From assembly GCA_030145245.1 (NCBI GenBank), contig JAQYWC010000070.1:6040-70039 (forward strand): DNA of 64,000 nucleotides, in the 5' to 3' direction. This DNA comes from Desulfobacterium sp. GTDB taxonomy: Bacteria; Desulfobacterota; Desulfobacteria; Desulfobacterales; Desulfobacteraceae. The notes below the pieces were generated by a model. The model was given only the letters and a program-made list of their open reading frames with translations. It was not told the origin of the DNA and did not search any database. The position numbers and the translations under genes were made by a program. Numbering within the stretch: position 1 is the first letter of the stretch; each line of letters opens with the position of its first letter. This document shows, in pieces, positions 45,029 to 54,847 of this stretch.

Positions 45029-45056
45029 GAGCCGGGCTGAAAGCTTAGCCCGGCTC
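45029..45056 (-). terminator. Hairpin downstream of purM
   Basis: A perfect 10-bp stem gagccgggct/agcccggctc, extendable to 12 bp, lies 19 nt past the purM stop. The U-tract is weak. Confidence 0.5.
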
Positions 45057-45074
45057 TTTAAACAGCAGGTCTTT

Positions 45075-46112
45075 TTAGATGTATTCCATGCCTTCGCCAT
45101 CTTTGACGGTGCCGATTTTAAAGGCTTTTTCGCCCATGCTCTCAACGGTTTTGATGACGGCATCAGCCTGGGAAGGGTCAACGATGAGCACGAAACCGAT
45201 GCCCATGTTAAAGGTTTTGTACATTTCAGCGGTTTCGATCTCTCCAAGGTTCTGGATAAGCGGGAAGAGCTTGTTCATTTCCCAGGAGTCCAGATCGATG
45301 GTGGCGCCCAGGCCTTCAGGAAGGACCCGTGGGATATTTTCGGTGAACCCGCCGCCGGTAACGTGGACCATGCCGTTGACAGGGTGGCTGGCCAGGATTT
45401 CAAGGACCTCTCTGACGTATATTTTTGTGGGGCAGAGAAGCGCTTCACCCAGGGTCATGCCCAGCTCTTCAATGGGCTGGTCTATTTTATAGTCCAGGAT
45501 ATCAAAGAACAATTTCCTTACCAAAGAATAACCGTTGGAGTGAATACCGGTTGACGGAAGACCGATGAGCAGATCATTGGGTTTTATCTTGCTGCCGTCG
45601 ATTATTTTTTCTTTTTCAACGATGCCAACGGTGAAACCTGCGATATCGTACTCGTCCTCATCGTAGAAGCCTGGCATTTCTGCGGTTTCTCCACCGATGA
45701 GGGAAGCGCCGGCCTGTTTGCAGCCGTCGGCAATGCCTTTAACGATGTCGGCGGCTTTATCGGCAGTGAGCTTTCCTGTGGCGATGTAATCGAGAAAGAA
45801 AAGCGGTTTTGCTCCCTGTACAAGGATGTCGTTAACGCACATGGCAACGAGATCGATACCGGCGGAGTCATGCTTGTCCGTCATAAAGGCAATCTTGAGT
45901 TTTGTTCCGACACCGTCGGTTCCGGAGACAAGGACAGGTTTTTTGTATCCCTCAAGATCCAGTTCAAAGAGTCCGCCGAATCCGCCGAGGCCGCCCAGGA
46001 CATTCTTGGTGAATGTCTCTTTGACGTACGCTTTCATTTTTTCTACGGCTGCGGCACCCTCTTCTATATCTACGCCGGCATCGGCGTATGTCAGTTTTTT
46101 ACTTTCGCTCAT
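45075..46112 (-). CDS. purM: Phosphoribosylformylglycinamidine cyclo-ligase (AIR synthetase)
   Basis: Starts LTYADAGVDIEEG and contains GGFGGLF, SGTDGVGTK and PSSGIHSNG-type blocks. Confidence 0.95.
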   Translation of the reverse strand: MSESKKLTYADAGVDIEEGAAAVEKMKAYVKETFTKNVLGGLGGFGGLFELDLEGYKKPVLVSGTDGVGTKLKIAFMTDKHDSAGIDLVAMCVNDILVQGAKPLFFLDYIATGKLTADKAADIVKGIADGCKQAGASLIGGETAEMPGFYDEDEYDIAGFTVGIVEKEKIIDGSKIKPNDLLIGLPSTGIHSNGYSLVRKLFFDILDYKIDQPIEELGMTLGEALLCPTKIYVREVLEILASHPVNGMVHVTGGGFTENIPRVLPEGLGATIDLDSWEMNKLFPLIQNLGEIETAEMYKTFNMGIGFVLIVDPSQADAVIKTVESMGEKAFKIGTVKDGEGMEYI

Positions 46113-46305
46113 TTTTTATTTATCCCTCCTGGTCAATCAGAATTAAACCATCTTCCTGGTTGGCATTTTTTATTATAGTTCCTCGCATATGAATAGATCT
46201 CATTTCATATCATATCGGGAAAGCAGGTATCAATTCAAATGGAAACATTTATAAGCTTGCCCCCGGCCGGGCCGCCAAAAACAGCAACCACCGGGGGCAT
46301 CCGGC

Positions 46306-49300
46306 CTACTTGAAATAGTTCACGCCGGACTCGAAGATCTTCATGTCTGTGTTACCGGTGACGTTTTTGGCAACGTGGTTTCCAATTCTCTCGCTATGGC
46401 CCATTTTACCCAGGATCCGGCCATCGGCACTTGTGATGCCCTCGATGGCGTAGATGGAACCGTTGGGGTTGAAGGTACCGTCATAGGTGGCATCGCCCTG
46501 GGCATCCATGTACTGGGTAGCGACCTGCCCGTTTTCAATAAGGGTATTGAGCATCTCTTCACTGGCGTAGAAACGGCCTTCTCCATGGGAGAGTGCGGTT
46601 TCATGGATATCACCGAGGCTCGTACCGGCAAGCCAGGGCGAGAGGTTTGAAGATACCCGTGTTTTTGCGTACCGGGCGATGTGCCGCCCTATTTTGTTGT
46701 AGGTCAGTGTGGGGGATGTCTCATCCAGGGTTCTGATTTCACCGTAGGGCAGCAGGCCGAGCTTGACCAGGGCCTGGAAGCCGTTACAGATACCGAGCAT
46801 CAGGCCGTCTTTTTCATTGAGCATTTCATGGACGGCATCCTTGATCTTCCCATTCTTGAAAATCGAAGAGATGAATTTACCGGAACCTTCGGGTTCGTCG
46901 CCTGCGCTGAAACCGCCGGGAAGTGCGATAATCTGGGCGTCTTTGATTTTTCCGGCCAGGGTGTCGATGGACTCTTCGACCCAGGCGGCCTCAAGGTTTC
47001 TGAAGACAACCACCTCCACATCGGCACCGGCGTTCATGAACGCCCGCTGGGTGTCGATCTCGCAGTTTGTTCCCGGGAAAGAGGGAATGATCACTTTGGG
47101 ACGGGCAACCTTGTGTTTGGCAATATGGATATTTTTGGCGTTGTACTGAATGTTCTCAATGGGGCCTGCATGGTCCTGTTTAATCTCAAAGATGGAATTC
47201 AGGGGCGCTTCCCACACTTTGACAAGTTCATTGAGATCAAGGGACATATCACGGTACTCGATGGCCTCTTTGTCTGTTACCGTTCCAAGGTCAATGTAGT
47301 GTGCGGCAAAAAGAGCATCCAGGTCAGCGGCTGAATCCACTTCCAGAAGGATGGAACCGATGGCTTCCTCTTTCAGGAGATCCTCTTCTATATTCTTGTG
47401 GATGCAGATGCCCAGCTTGTTGCCGAAGGCCATTTTTGAGATGGCCGCAACAGAACCGCCCTTGCCAACGGTGTGGGCCGCTGTGACATGGCCGTCTGCA
47501 ATGGATTTTGTCACAAGGTCGTATTTTGCTTTCAGATCATCAAAATCCACCACTTCATTGTCATTTCTCCGTGATTTCAGAAGCACCACCCGGGAGCCGG
47601 CCTTTTTAAATTCAGGTGAGATCACCTTGTCCAGGTTGACGGCTTCCACGGCAAAAGAGATCAGTGTGGGCGGAACATCCAGATCCTTGAAGGTTCCGGA
47701 CATGGAGTCCTTGCCGCCGATGGCAGCGATCTTGAACTCTTTCTGGGCCCGGTATGCACCGAGGATTGCGGCAAAGGGTTTTCCCCAGCGCAACGCCTCC
47801 CCTCTCAGGCGCTCAAAGTACTCCTGGAACGACAGATAGATGTCCTGGTAGTTACCCCCCATGGCAACGATCCTGGCAACACTCTCCACAACCGCGTACA
47901 ACCCGCCGTGGAAGGGGGACCAGATGGCCATGTCAGGGTTGTAGCCATGGGTCATGAGGGTTCCGGTGTTTGTGTCCTTGCCCTCCACAGGAATCTTTGC
48001 CGCCATGCCTTCGGTGGGTGTCTGGTAGGTCTTACCGCCAAAGGGCATCAGGGCCGAGCCGGCACCGACGGTGCTGTCAAATAGCTCAACAAGCCCCTTC
48101 TGGCTGGCACAGTTGAGGTCCTGGAGGGTTTCGATCCAGGTGGTTTTCAGGTCCCGGGTATCTTCCTTTTTAAACCAGCAGGCTTCAGGTGCAGGCGCCG
48201 CCACTTCGACCTTTGTTTTCTGGCTCACGCCGTTTGAATCGAGAAACTTTCTTGAGATGTCCAGGATCATCTTATCCCGCCACTGGATCCGCAACCGGCC
48301 ACTGTCTGTGATGTTTGCAACCAGGGTGGCTTCGAGGTTTTCCGAATTGGCAAGCCGGATAAATTCCTCTGCGTTCTCTTTTCTGACAACAACGGCCATG
48401 CGCTCCTGGGACTCTGAAATGGCAAGCTCGGTGCCGTCCAGGCCGTCATATTTTTTCTTGACGTTGTCCAGGAAGATATCGATGCTGTCGGCAAGCTCAC
48501 CCACAGCAACGGCCACCCCCCCCGCGCCAAAATCGTTGCAGCGGATAATCATGCGGGAGACGGTCTCGTTCCTGAACAATCTCTGGATTTTTCTCTCTTC
48601 CGGAGCGTTCCCCTTCTGCACCTCCGCACCGCAGGTGGCCAGGGAGTCCTCCGTATGCTCCTTACTGGAACCGGTGGCACCGCCGCAACCATCCCTGCCG
48701 GTTCTGCCCCCCACAAGGATCACCACATCACCGGGTTCGGGCACCTCCCGGATCACCTGGTCTTTCGGCGTTGCCGCAATCACCGCCCCCACTTCCATGC
48801 GCTTGGCAAAGAAACGGTCATTGTAATACTCTTTGACGTATCCGGTGCTCACGCCGATCTGGTTGCCGTAGGAGCTGTAACCATGGGCCGCCCGCTTACA
48901 AATAGTCCTCTGGGGCAGTTTGCCGGAAAGGGTCTCTTCATAGGGGGTGCGGGGATCTCCGGCACCCGTGATCCGCATGGCCTGATACACATAGGACCTT
49001 CCGGACAAGGGGTCCCTGATGGCGCCGCCCAGGCATGTGGCAGCCCCGCCAAAGGGCTCTATCTCCGTGGGATGGTTGTGGGTCTCGTTCTTGAACATCA
49101 CAAGGTAGGGAACCTTTTTGCCGTCCACATCCACATCAACATTGATGCTGCACGCATTGATCTCTTCACTGACATCAATATCTTTCAGGAAGCCGTCTTT
49201 TTTCAGGGATTTGGAGGCAATGGTTCCAAGATCCATGAGGGTCTCTTTTTTATCCCTGCCCTGATAAAGGGCTTTCCTGTCTTCCCTGTAGAGATCATAG

Positions 49301-50061
49301 GCCTTCTGCATCTCACCGGCATAGGCCCCGTCATGGATCTTGACCTCTTCGATCTCGGTCATAAACGTGGTATGCCGGCAGTGATCCGACCAGTATGTAT
49401 CAATGGCCATCATCTCCGTAATGGTCGGGTTCCGGTGCTCACTGTTTTTGAAATAGTCCTGGCAGGATAGAATATCCCCCATGCCCATGGCAAAGCCCTG
49501 GGACTCCTTGAACGCTTTAAGTTCGGCTTCAGAATAGTCTGTGAACCCTTCAAAAACCATCACATCTTCGGGAACAGCCGCATCCATGTCAATGGATTCG
49601 GGAAGGGCCAGACCAAGCTCACAGGACTCCACAATATTGATCAGGTGACCCTTGATCTTTTCCCTGTCACCTTGGGAGACCTCCCCGTTGATTGCGAAAA
49701 CCTTCGATGCCTTTATAAACGGACGCTCTTTGGCTGTGAGCAGCTGGACACACTGCATGGCGGAATCGGCCCGCTGATCGAACTGGCCGGGAAGCAGCCC
49801 CATCCTGAACACAAAATCGGCATTGATGAACCGGCCCTCGTCTTCATAGACATCATCCGTATTGGGCTCACTGAACACATTGTCCTTTGCCAGCGCATAG
49901 GTTTCATCATCAAACCCCAGGCACTCATAGCAGTTGATGATCCTCACATCCGTGATACCCGGAATATTCAGATTATGGGTCAAATCAGACAGTAGATGGT
50001 CTGCCTCAACCTTAAACGTCTCTTTTTTCTCAACAAACACCCGCCTGATATTGTCTGGCAT
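46306..50061 (-). CDS. purL: Phosphoribosylformylglycinamidine synthase, single-chain form (~1250 aa) with a C-terminal glutamine amidotransferase
   Basis: FGAM synthase blocks include THNHPTEIEPFGGAATCLGGAIRD. The C-terminal GATase carries GICNGFQ and HGEGRF. Confidence 0.95.
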   Translation of the reverse strand: MPDNIRRVFVEKKETFKVEADHLLSDLTHNLNIPGITDVRIINCYECLGFDDETYALAKDNVFSEPNTDDVYEDEGRFINADFVFRMGLLPGQFDQRADSAMQCVQLLTAKERPFIKASKVFAINGEVSQGDREKIKGHLINIVESCELGLALPESIDMDAAVPEDVMVFEGFTDYSEAELKAFKESQGFAMGMGDILSCQDYFKNSEHRNPTITEMMAIDTYWSDHCRHTTFMTEIEEVKIHDGAYAGEMQKAYDLYREDRKALYQGRDKKETLMDLGTIASKSLKKDGFLKDIDVSEEINACSINVDVDVDGKKVPYLVMFKNETHNHPTEIEPFGGAATCLGGAIRDPLSGRSYVYQAMRITGAGDPRTPYEETLSGKLPQRTICKRAAHGYSSYGNQIGVSTGYVKEYYNDRFFAKRMEVGAVIAATPKDQVIREVPEPGDVVILVGGRTGRDGCGGATGSSKEHTEDSLATCGAEVQKGNAPEERKIQRLFRNETVSRMIIRCNDFGAGGVAVAVGELADSIDIFLDNVKKKYDGLDGTELAISESQERMAVVVRKENAEEFIRLANSENLEATLVANITDSGRLRIQWRDKMILDISRKFLDSNGVSQKTKVEVAAPAPEACWFKKEDTRDLKTTWIETLQDLNCASQKGLVELFDSTVGAGSALMPFGGKTYQTPTEGMAAKIPVEGKDTNTGTLMTHGYNPDMAIWSPFHGGLYAVVESVARIVAMGGNYQDIYLSFQEYFERLRGEALRWGKPFAAILGAYRAQKEFKIAAIGGKDSMSGTFKDLDVPPTLISFAVEAVNLDKVISPEFKKAGSRVVLLKSRRNDNEVVDFDDLKAKYDLVTKSIADGHVTAAHTVGKGGSVAAISKMAFGNKLGICIHKNIEEDLLKEEAIGSILLEVDSAADLDALFAAHYIDLGTVTDKEAIEYRDMSLDLNELVKVWEAPLNSIFEIKQDHAGPIENIQYNAKNIHIAKHKVARPKVIIPSFPGTNCEIDTQRAFMNAGADVEVVVFRNLEAAWVEESIDTLAGKIKDAQIIALPGGFSAGDEPEGSGKFISSIFKNGKIKDAVHEMLNEKDGLMLGICNGFQALVKLGLLPYGEIRTLDETSPTLTYNKIGRHIARYAKTRVSSNLSPWLAGTSLGDIHETALSHGEGRFYASEEMLNTLIENGQVATQYMDAQGDATYDGTFNPNGSIYAIEGITSADGRILGKMGHSERIGNHVAKNVTGNTDMKIFESGVNYFK

Positions 50062-50179
50062 TTTTATCTCCCTGGTTCAATGTGATGCCTTATTATTTAT
50101 AGTTGAACATTGACTTACCACAGGTTATTGTATAAACAAAATTAATAATTATAACTTCACTTGTAAGCAGAGCTAATGT

Positions 50180-51079
50180 ATGAACATAAATTTCGAATTA
50201 TACAAAGTATTCTATCATGCAGGGAAAAACCTGAGCTTTACCAAAACCGCTGAACAGCTGTTTGTCACCCAAAGTTCCATCTCCCAATCCATCAAGCAGC
50301 TTGAGAAGAATCTGGAGATCCTCCTGTTTATAAGGAACAAGCGGAACATGCAGCTGACCAAAGAGGGGGAGATGCTCCATTCCCATATCTCCCAGGCCTA
50401 CAACCTCATCAAGACCGGGGAAAGAAACCTCGAACAGACAAAGGCCCTGAACTACGGTGAGATCAGGATCGGGGCAAGTGATACCATCTGCCGGTACTTC
50501 CTCCTGGACTACATCAAACGATTCCATGAAGATTACCCGAACATCAAGATACACATCACCAACCAGCCCTCCCTGAAATCCCTGGACGCTATTGCCCAGG
50601 GGAAAATGGATTTCGGGATCATCAACCTGCCGGACGGGGTGAAATTAAAGGGGGTAGATGTCACAGGGATAAAAGGGTTTGAAGAGGTGGCCATCACCAC
50701 ACAAAAATTTTCAGACCAACTCCCCAGGCACCCCTCCATAAAGGATTTAAAAAATTTCCCTTTGATCACCCTGACCCCGAACACCAACACAAGGCAATAC
50801 CTGAACCGGTTTTTCAAGAGCCACAATGAATCCATCTCACCGGAGTTTGAGCTGGAAAGCATCGATCTCATCATCGATCTGGTACGGATTGGACTGGGGA
50901 TCGGCTTTGTAATGAAAGATGCCATTCCCAAAGAGGCAGGTTCCGCCATTCAGATCATTCAACTGAAAGAGACCCTGCCTGCCAGGAGCATCGGCATTGT
51001 GACGAACAAGGAGTTACCCCTGAGCATTCCCACCCGGCATTTCAGGGATATCCTCATCAACAGAACAAGTGGTGAGTAA
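50180..51079 (+). CDS. LysR-family transcriptional regulator, divergent from purL
   Basis: The N-terminal HTH is FYHAGKNLSFTKTAEQLFVTQSSISQSIKQLE. A LysR substrate-binding domain follows. Confidence 0.85.
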   Translation: MNINFELYKVFYHAGKNLSFTKTAEQLFVTQSSISQSIKQLEKNLEILLFIRNKRNMQLTKEGEMLHSHISQAYNLIKTGERNLEQTKALNYGEIRIGASDTICRYFLLDYIKRFHEDYPNIKIHITNQPSLKSLDAIAQGKMDFGIINLPDGVKLKGVDVTGIKGFEEVAITTQKFSDQLPRHPSIKDLKNFPLITLTPNTNTRQYLNRFFKSHNESISPEFELESIDLIIDLVRIGLGIGFVMKDAIPKEAGSAIQIIQLKETLPARSIGIVTNKELPLSIPTRHFRDILINRTSGE

Positions 51080-51303
51080 ATCCAATCATTTTATTATGCA
51101 TATTTCAGCGGATGGAATATTTTTTTATGTTTCTTACCAAAAATCAATTTCCTATCTATTTATCTGCCGGGTATGATGATAGTATAAAAAGATAATATCT
51201 GCAAATTGGCTGGCATATCGCTTTCCCGGAGCACAAAAAGCCGTACCGGGGAGCAATATGTTCTGCTGTGGATGAATCCTATAATATTTTGAATGGTGAA
51301 AAA

Positions 51304-51591
51304 ATGAAAAAAGCGATGAATGGCCAAAAGACGTTAAAACTGGGTACTAAAAAGAAACCCGCCGTTGTTAAAGTACAAACAGAAGAAAGATCGAAAGAGA
51401 TCACATCGATATTTGAAGAAAATGGCTGGGACTATATAATTGGTTTAGAACCGGATAAACCAGAGGATATTACCGACTTAGACCTGTTATTGAACAAACC
51501 AAAAACAACGGTGGTCGAAAAGACAGTTGGCCGTAATGAGCCCTGCCCATGTGGAAGCGGGAAAAAATATAAAAAATGCTGTGCAAAATAA
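51304..51591 (+). CDS. Small SEC-C motif (zinc-binding) protein
   Basis: The C-terminus is [18 protein letters not shown] 51304 follows GGTGA. Confidence 0.7.
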   Translation: MKKAMNGQKTLKLGTKKKPAVVKVQTEERSKEITSIFEENGWDYIIGLEPDKPEDITDLDLLLNKPKTTVVEKTVGRNEPCPCGSGKKYKKCCAK

Positions 51592-51613
51592 GGGCATTTA
51601 AAATTCCAAAAGT

Positions 51614-51641
51614 TTTAGCTTCTTAGCTCTGATTTTCGCGT
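51614..51641. repeat. 28-bp inverted-repeat element, left copy
   Basis: tttagcttcttagctctgattttcgcgt is the reverse complement of 57684-57711 at 27 of 28 positions. Confidence 0.9.
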
Positions 51642-51881
51642 CAATTATCTTGTCCGGTCGGTCCCATGATTTAAAACTTCAAATCCAATATTTTTTTGGT
51701 ATTGTGTAAAAGAGAGGTTTTCCCTTCTCCTTCTCCCATTTTTTTTAACTTCGTTGGTCGAAAAATCAAGATTCGAACAGGGTGAAGCAGATAGCGAATC
51801 TGCTTCATCCCCCTCGCAGAACCGTGGGTACGGGGTGAAATTAAAGGGCATAAATCAATCATTCTTGAAGCCAGGGCAAAG

Positions 51882-52331
51882 ATGCTTGCAAAAATACGCT
51901 GTTGTATTAATATGGCTTGCATGAAATCACACCCCATTAAACATTTCGTCCTTTTGCCAATTTGCATGGCGGTGCTGCTGACAGCCCACGCCGGAGCCCA
52001 GGAAGAGACCCTGACCCTGGCATATGGGACCATGTGCGAATCCATTGAAAATTTTCATCCGGTATTTCCGGCCGTGGTTTTTCCCCTTTCCAAGGAGGAG
52101 ATCATCTGCTTTACCACCTTTGACCCGGTTCCGGAAAGAACCCATATCTTCCACAACTGGTATAAAAGAGACCGGTTGGTCTCACGGGCAAAACTGACCC
52201 TGCAACCACCGAAATGGTCGTCCTTCAGCAGCATGCAGCTCAGAAATGCCGACAAGGGTCCCTGGCGGGTCGATATCACCGATATAAACGATAATATTCT
52301 GCAAACCCTGCGTTTCAGTATTTCAGACTGA
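51882..52331 (+). CDS. DUF2914-like secreted protein
   Basis: It has a signal-like N-terminus. The pattern HNWYKRDRLVS...L...PKWSSFSS......GPWRVDITD..DNILQTLRFSI fits DUF2914. The start is uncertain (51882, 51912 or 51921). Confidence 0.6.
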   Translation: MLAKIRCCINMACMKSHPIKHFVLLPICMAVLLTAHAGAQEETLTLAYGTMCESIENFHPVFPAVVFPLSKEEIICFTTFDPVPERTHIFHNWYKRDRLVSRAKLTLQPPKWSSFSSMQLRNADKGPWRVDITDINDNILQTLRFSISD

Positions 52332-52336
52332 CCATT

Positions 52337-53773
52337 ATGGATGCTTTCTTAAACATAATTTCAGGTCTGAGGTGGCAGGACACTCTTGATATTCTGTTCA
52401 ACAGCTATGTGCTGTTCCGGCTGTATGTCCTGTTCCGGGGCACCAATGTCATCCGGGTGCTCCTGGTCATCTGTCTGCTCTGGGTGATCCAAAAGATAGC
52501 CCTGGGCATGGGGCTGATCATCACCAGCTGGGCAATGCAGGGAATTATTACCGTTGCCGCCCTGGTCATTATCATTGTGTTCAGAAATGAGATCTCCGGG
52601 GTCCTCCAGACCAAAAATTTAAAATCCTTTTTATGGGGTATTCCCCGGTACCAATTGCAAACCCCTGTATCCATCATTGTTGACGGCGCCTATGAGCTGA
52701 CCCGAAAAAAACTCGGTGCCCTGATTGTCCTTCCCATGAAGCAGGGTCTCAAAAGCAGTGTTCAGGGGGGCATCCCCTGGCAGGGGACGCTGTCCCGGGA
52801 AATGCTGGTGAGTATTTTCTGGCACGATAACCCGGTGCATGACGGCGCTGCCATCATCCAGGGGGACCGGATTACGGACGTAAGTGTTCTTTTACCCCTG
52901 TCCAAACGTCAGGATCTGCCCTCCTATTTCGGTACCCGGCACAGGGCAGCCATGGGACTTGTCGAGCAGACCGATGCAATGGTGCTGGTGGTGTCCGAGG
53001 AGACGGGCAGGATCTCCCTGTTCATGGAAAACCGGGTCTATGATATCAACGACAGCCATGTCCTGACAGAGCTCCTGGACGACCAGCTGAGTGACAAATC
53101 CACTCCTAGGGGTATCAGACATCAGACTGTGGAACTTGCGGTTGCCGCCATGATATGCCTGTTCAGCGTCACCGGTCTGTGGCTCAGTTTTTCCAGGGGA
53201 GTGGAAACCCTGGCCACCCGGGAGGTTCCCATCGAGTTCATGAACCTTGAACAAAAAATGGAAATCATCAGATCATCATCCAACACCGTGAAGCTTGTGA
53301 TCAGTGGTGCAAGCCCCCTGATTCAGGCCATTGGCCAGGACCAGGTCAAGGTGAAACTCGACATTTCCAAAGCAATCCCGGGTCCCAATGCCATGGGCAT
53401 CCAAAGGGAAAACATCCTGCTCCCTCCCGGCATACAGTTAAAACAATTCGAGCCTTCAGAGGTAGAGGTGACCGTGGATGCAACCGTACTGAAGCAACTG
53501 ACGGTTCAGCCCACCTGGACGGGCCACCTCAAGCAGGGCCTCACCATTGTGTCGGCAAAGGCCATTCCGGAAACCGTTATGGTCAAGGGGGGAAGCATGG
53601 ACCTTGCGGAGATCACGACCCTGTTCACCGAGCCCATTTCCCTGGACCATATCACGCAGTCAGGAAGAATATCCACCGGTTTCGCCCTGGCCAAGTCCAA
53701 CCTTAAACTCCAGAATCATGGTAAAAACAGCGTTACCATTCATTATGAAATCAAACAGCGCTCCACCCCCTGA
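52337..53773 (+). CDS. cdaA: Membrane diadenylate cyclase CdaA fused to YbbR-like (CdaR-type) repeats
   Basis: Three N-terminal TM helices precede the DAC domain (DGAAII, GTRHRAAMG, VVSEETGRISL). A further TM helix and ~200 aa of YbbR-like repeat pattern follow. Confidence 0.85.
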   Translation: MDAFLNIISGLRWQDTLDILFNSYVLFRLYVLFRGTNVIRVLLVICLLWVIQKIALGMGLIITSWAMQGIITVAALVIIIVFRNEISGVLQTKNLKSFLWGIPRYQLQTPVSIIVDGAYELTRKKLGALIVLPMKQGLKSSVQGGIPWQGTLSREMLVSIFWHDNPVHDGAAIIQGDRITDVSVLLPLSKRQDLPSYFGTRHRAAMGLVEQTDAMVLVVSEETGRISLFMENRVYDINDSHVLTELLDDQLSDKSTPRGIRHQTVELAVAAMICLFSVTGLWLSFSRGVETLATREVPIEFMNLEQKMEIIRSSSNTVKLVISGASPLIQAIGQDQVKVKLDISKAIPGPNAMGIQRENILLPPGIQLKQFEPSEVEVTVDATVLKQLTVQPTWTGHLKQGLTIVSAKAIPETVMVKGGSMDLAEITTLFTEPISLDHITQSGRISTGFALAKSNLKLQNHGKNSVTIHYEIKQRSTP

Positions 53774-53823
53774 AAAAATATAAATAAAAGCCAGGGTAAA
53801 ATAGCATAAAAATGAGGAATTCC

Positions 53824-54813
53824 ATGGATAAAGCAAAAAGAATACTGGTGACACGGAAAATACCGGAAGTTGGCCTGAAACAATTGGAAGCCCAGGGTTT
53901 TGAGCTAACCAAGTGGACCAGGGACAGACCCATGACCCCGTCTGAACTCGTTGAACATTCAATGGACCACCAGGTCCTGTTATGCACCGTGGGCGACAGG
54001 GTCGACCGGGCGTTTCTTGCAACATGCAGCCACCTGGAGATCATTTCCCAATATGCCGTGGGCCATGACAATATTGATTTAAATGCCGCCACAGACATGG
54101 GCATTCCCGTTGGATTCACCCCGGATGTCCTGAGCGAAGCAACAGCGGATATCGCCTTTGGGCTTATGCTTGCCACCTCAAGGAAGATGTTTTTTCTCCA
54201 CAAAACCATCCTGAAGGGTGAGTGGGGGGATTTTAAGCCAACAAGCCATCTGGGCATGGAGCTGACGGGGAAAACCCTGGGCGTCTTCGGCCTGGGCCGG
54301 ATCGGCATCATAATGGCCGAACGATGCAAAAACGCCTATGGCATGGAGGTGATCTACCATAACCGACGGGCAAACAATGCCGCCGAAAAAGCATTGAATG
54401 CCACCCGGGTCAGCTTTGACGAGCTTCTGGCCAAAAGTGACGTGCTGTCGGTCCATTGCGTGCTGAGCGATGAAACCCGGGGACGCTTTGACCAAGCCGC
54501 CTTTACGAAAATGAAACCCACGTCTATTTTCATCAACACGGCCCGGGGAGCGGTTCACCGTGAGTCCGACCTGATTAAAGCCCTTCAATCAAACGAAATC
54601 TGGGGCGCAGGACTGGACGTGACAGATCCGGAACCCATGGCAAAGGACAATCCCCTGCTGTCCATGGAGACCGTTGCGGTTCTTCCCCATGTGGGCTCCG
54701 GGACCATGGAGGCCAGGGACGGCATGTCCCGGCTGGCAGCGGAGAATATCATTGAATTCTACCGGACCGGCACCCTGCCCCATATGGTGAACCCTGGGGT
54801 ACTGAAAAATTAA
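53824..54813 (+). CDS. D-isomer-specific 2-hydroxyacid dehydrogenase (glyoxylate/hydroxypyruvate reductase-like)
   Basis: The NAD fold is GVFGLGRIG. The catalytic region is INTARG...D and PHVGSGT. Confidence 0.85.
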   Translation: MDKAKRILVTRKIPEVGLKQLEAQGFELTKWTRDRPMTPSELVEHSMDHQVLLCTVGDRVDRAFLATCSHLEIISQYAVGHDNIDLNAATDMGIPVGFTPDVLSEATADIAFGLMLATSRKMFFLHKTILKGEWGDFKPTSHLGMELTGKTLGVFGLGRIGIIMAERCKNAYGMEVIYHNRRANNAAEKALNATRVSFDELLAKSDVLSVHCVLSDETRGRFDQAAFTKMKPTSIFINTARGAVHRESDLIKALQSNEIWGAGLDVTDPEPMAKDNPLLSMETVAVLPHVGSGTMEARDGMSRLAAENIIEFYRTGTLPHMVNPGVLKN

Positions 54814-54847
54814 AAGTAAAGTCAGCGAACCTGCCCCCGGAATATTC

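Noticed and set aside
51770-51778. A tRNA T-loop-like GTTCGAATC on the minus strand lies next to a long hairpin and a downstream CGACCA. I considered this as a possible tRNA or tRNA-Sec (selC), given the putative selenoprotein.
   Set aside because: The flanking bases do not form a T-stem. No complementary acceptor strand exists upstream. The 10-bp hairpin loop gives no valid anticodon-loop geometry (no U33 or purine-37 pattern, no TCA anticodon). I could not draw a cloverleaf.
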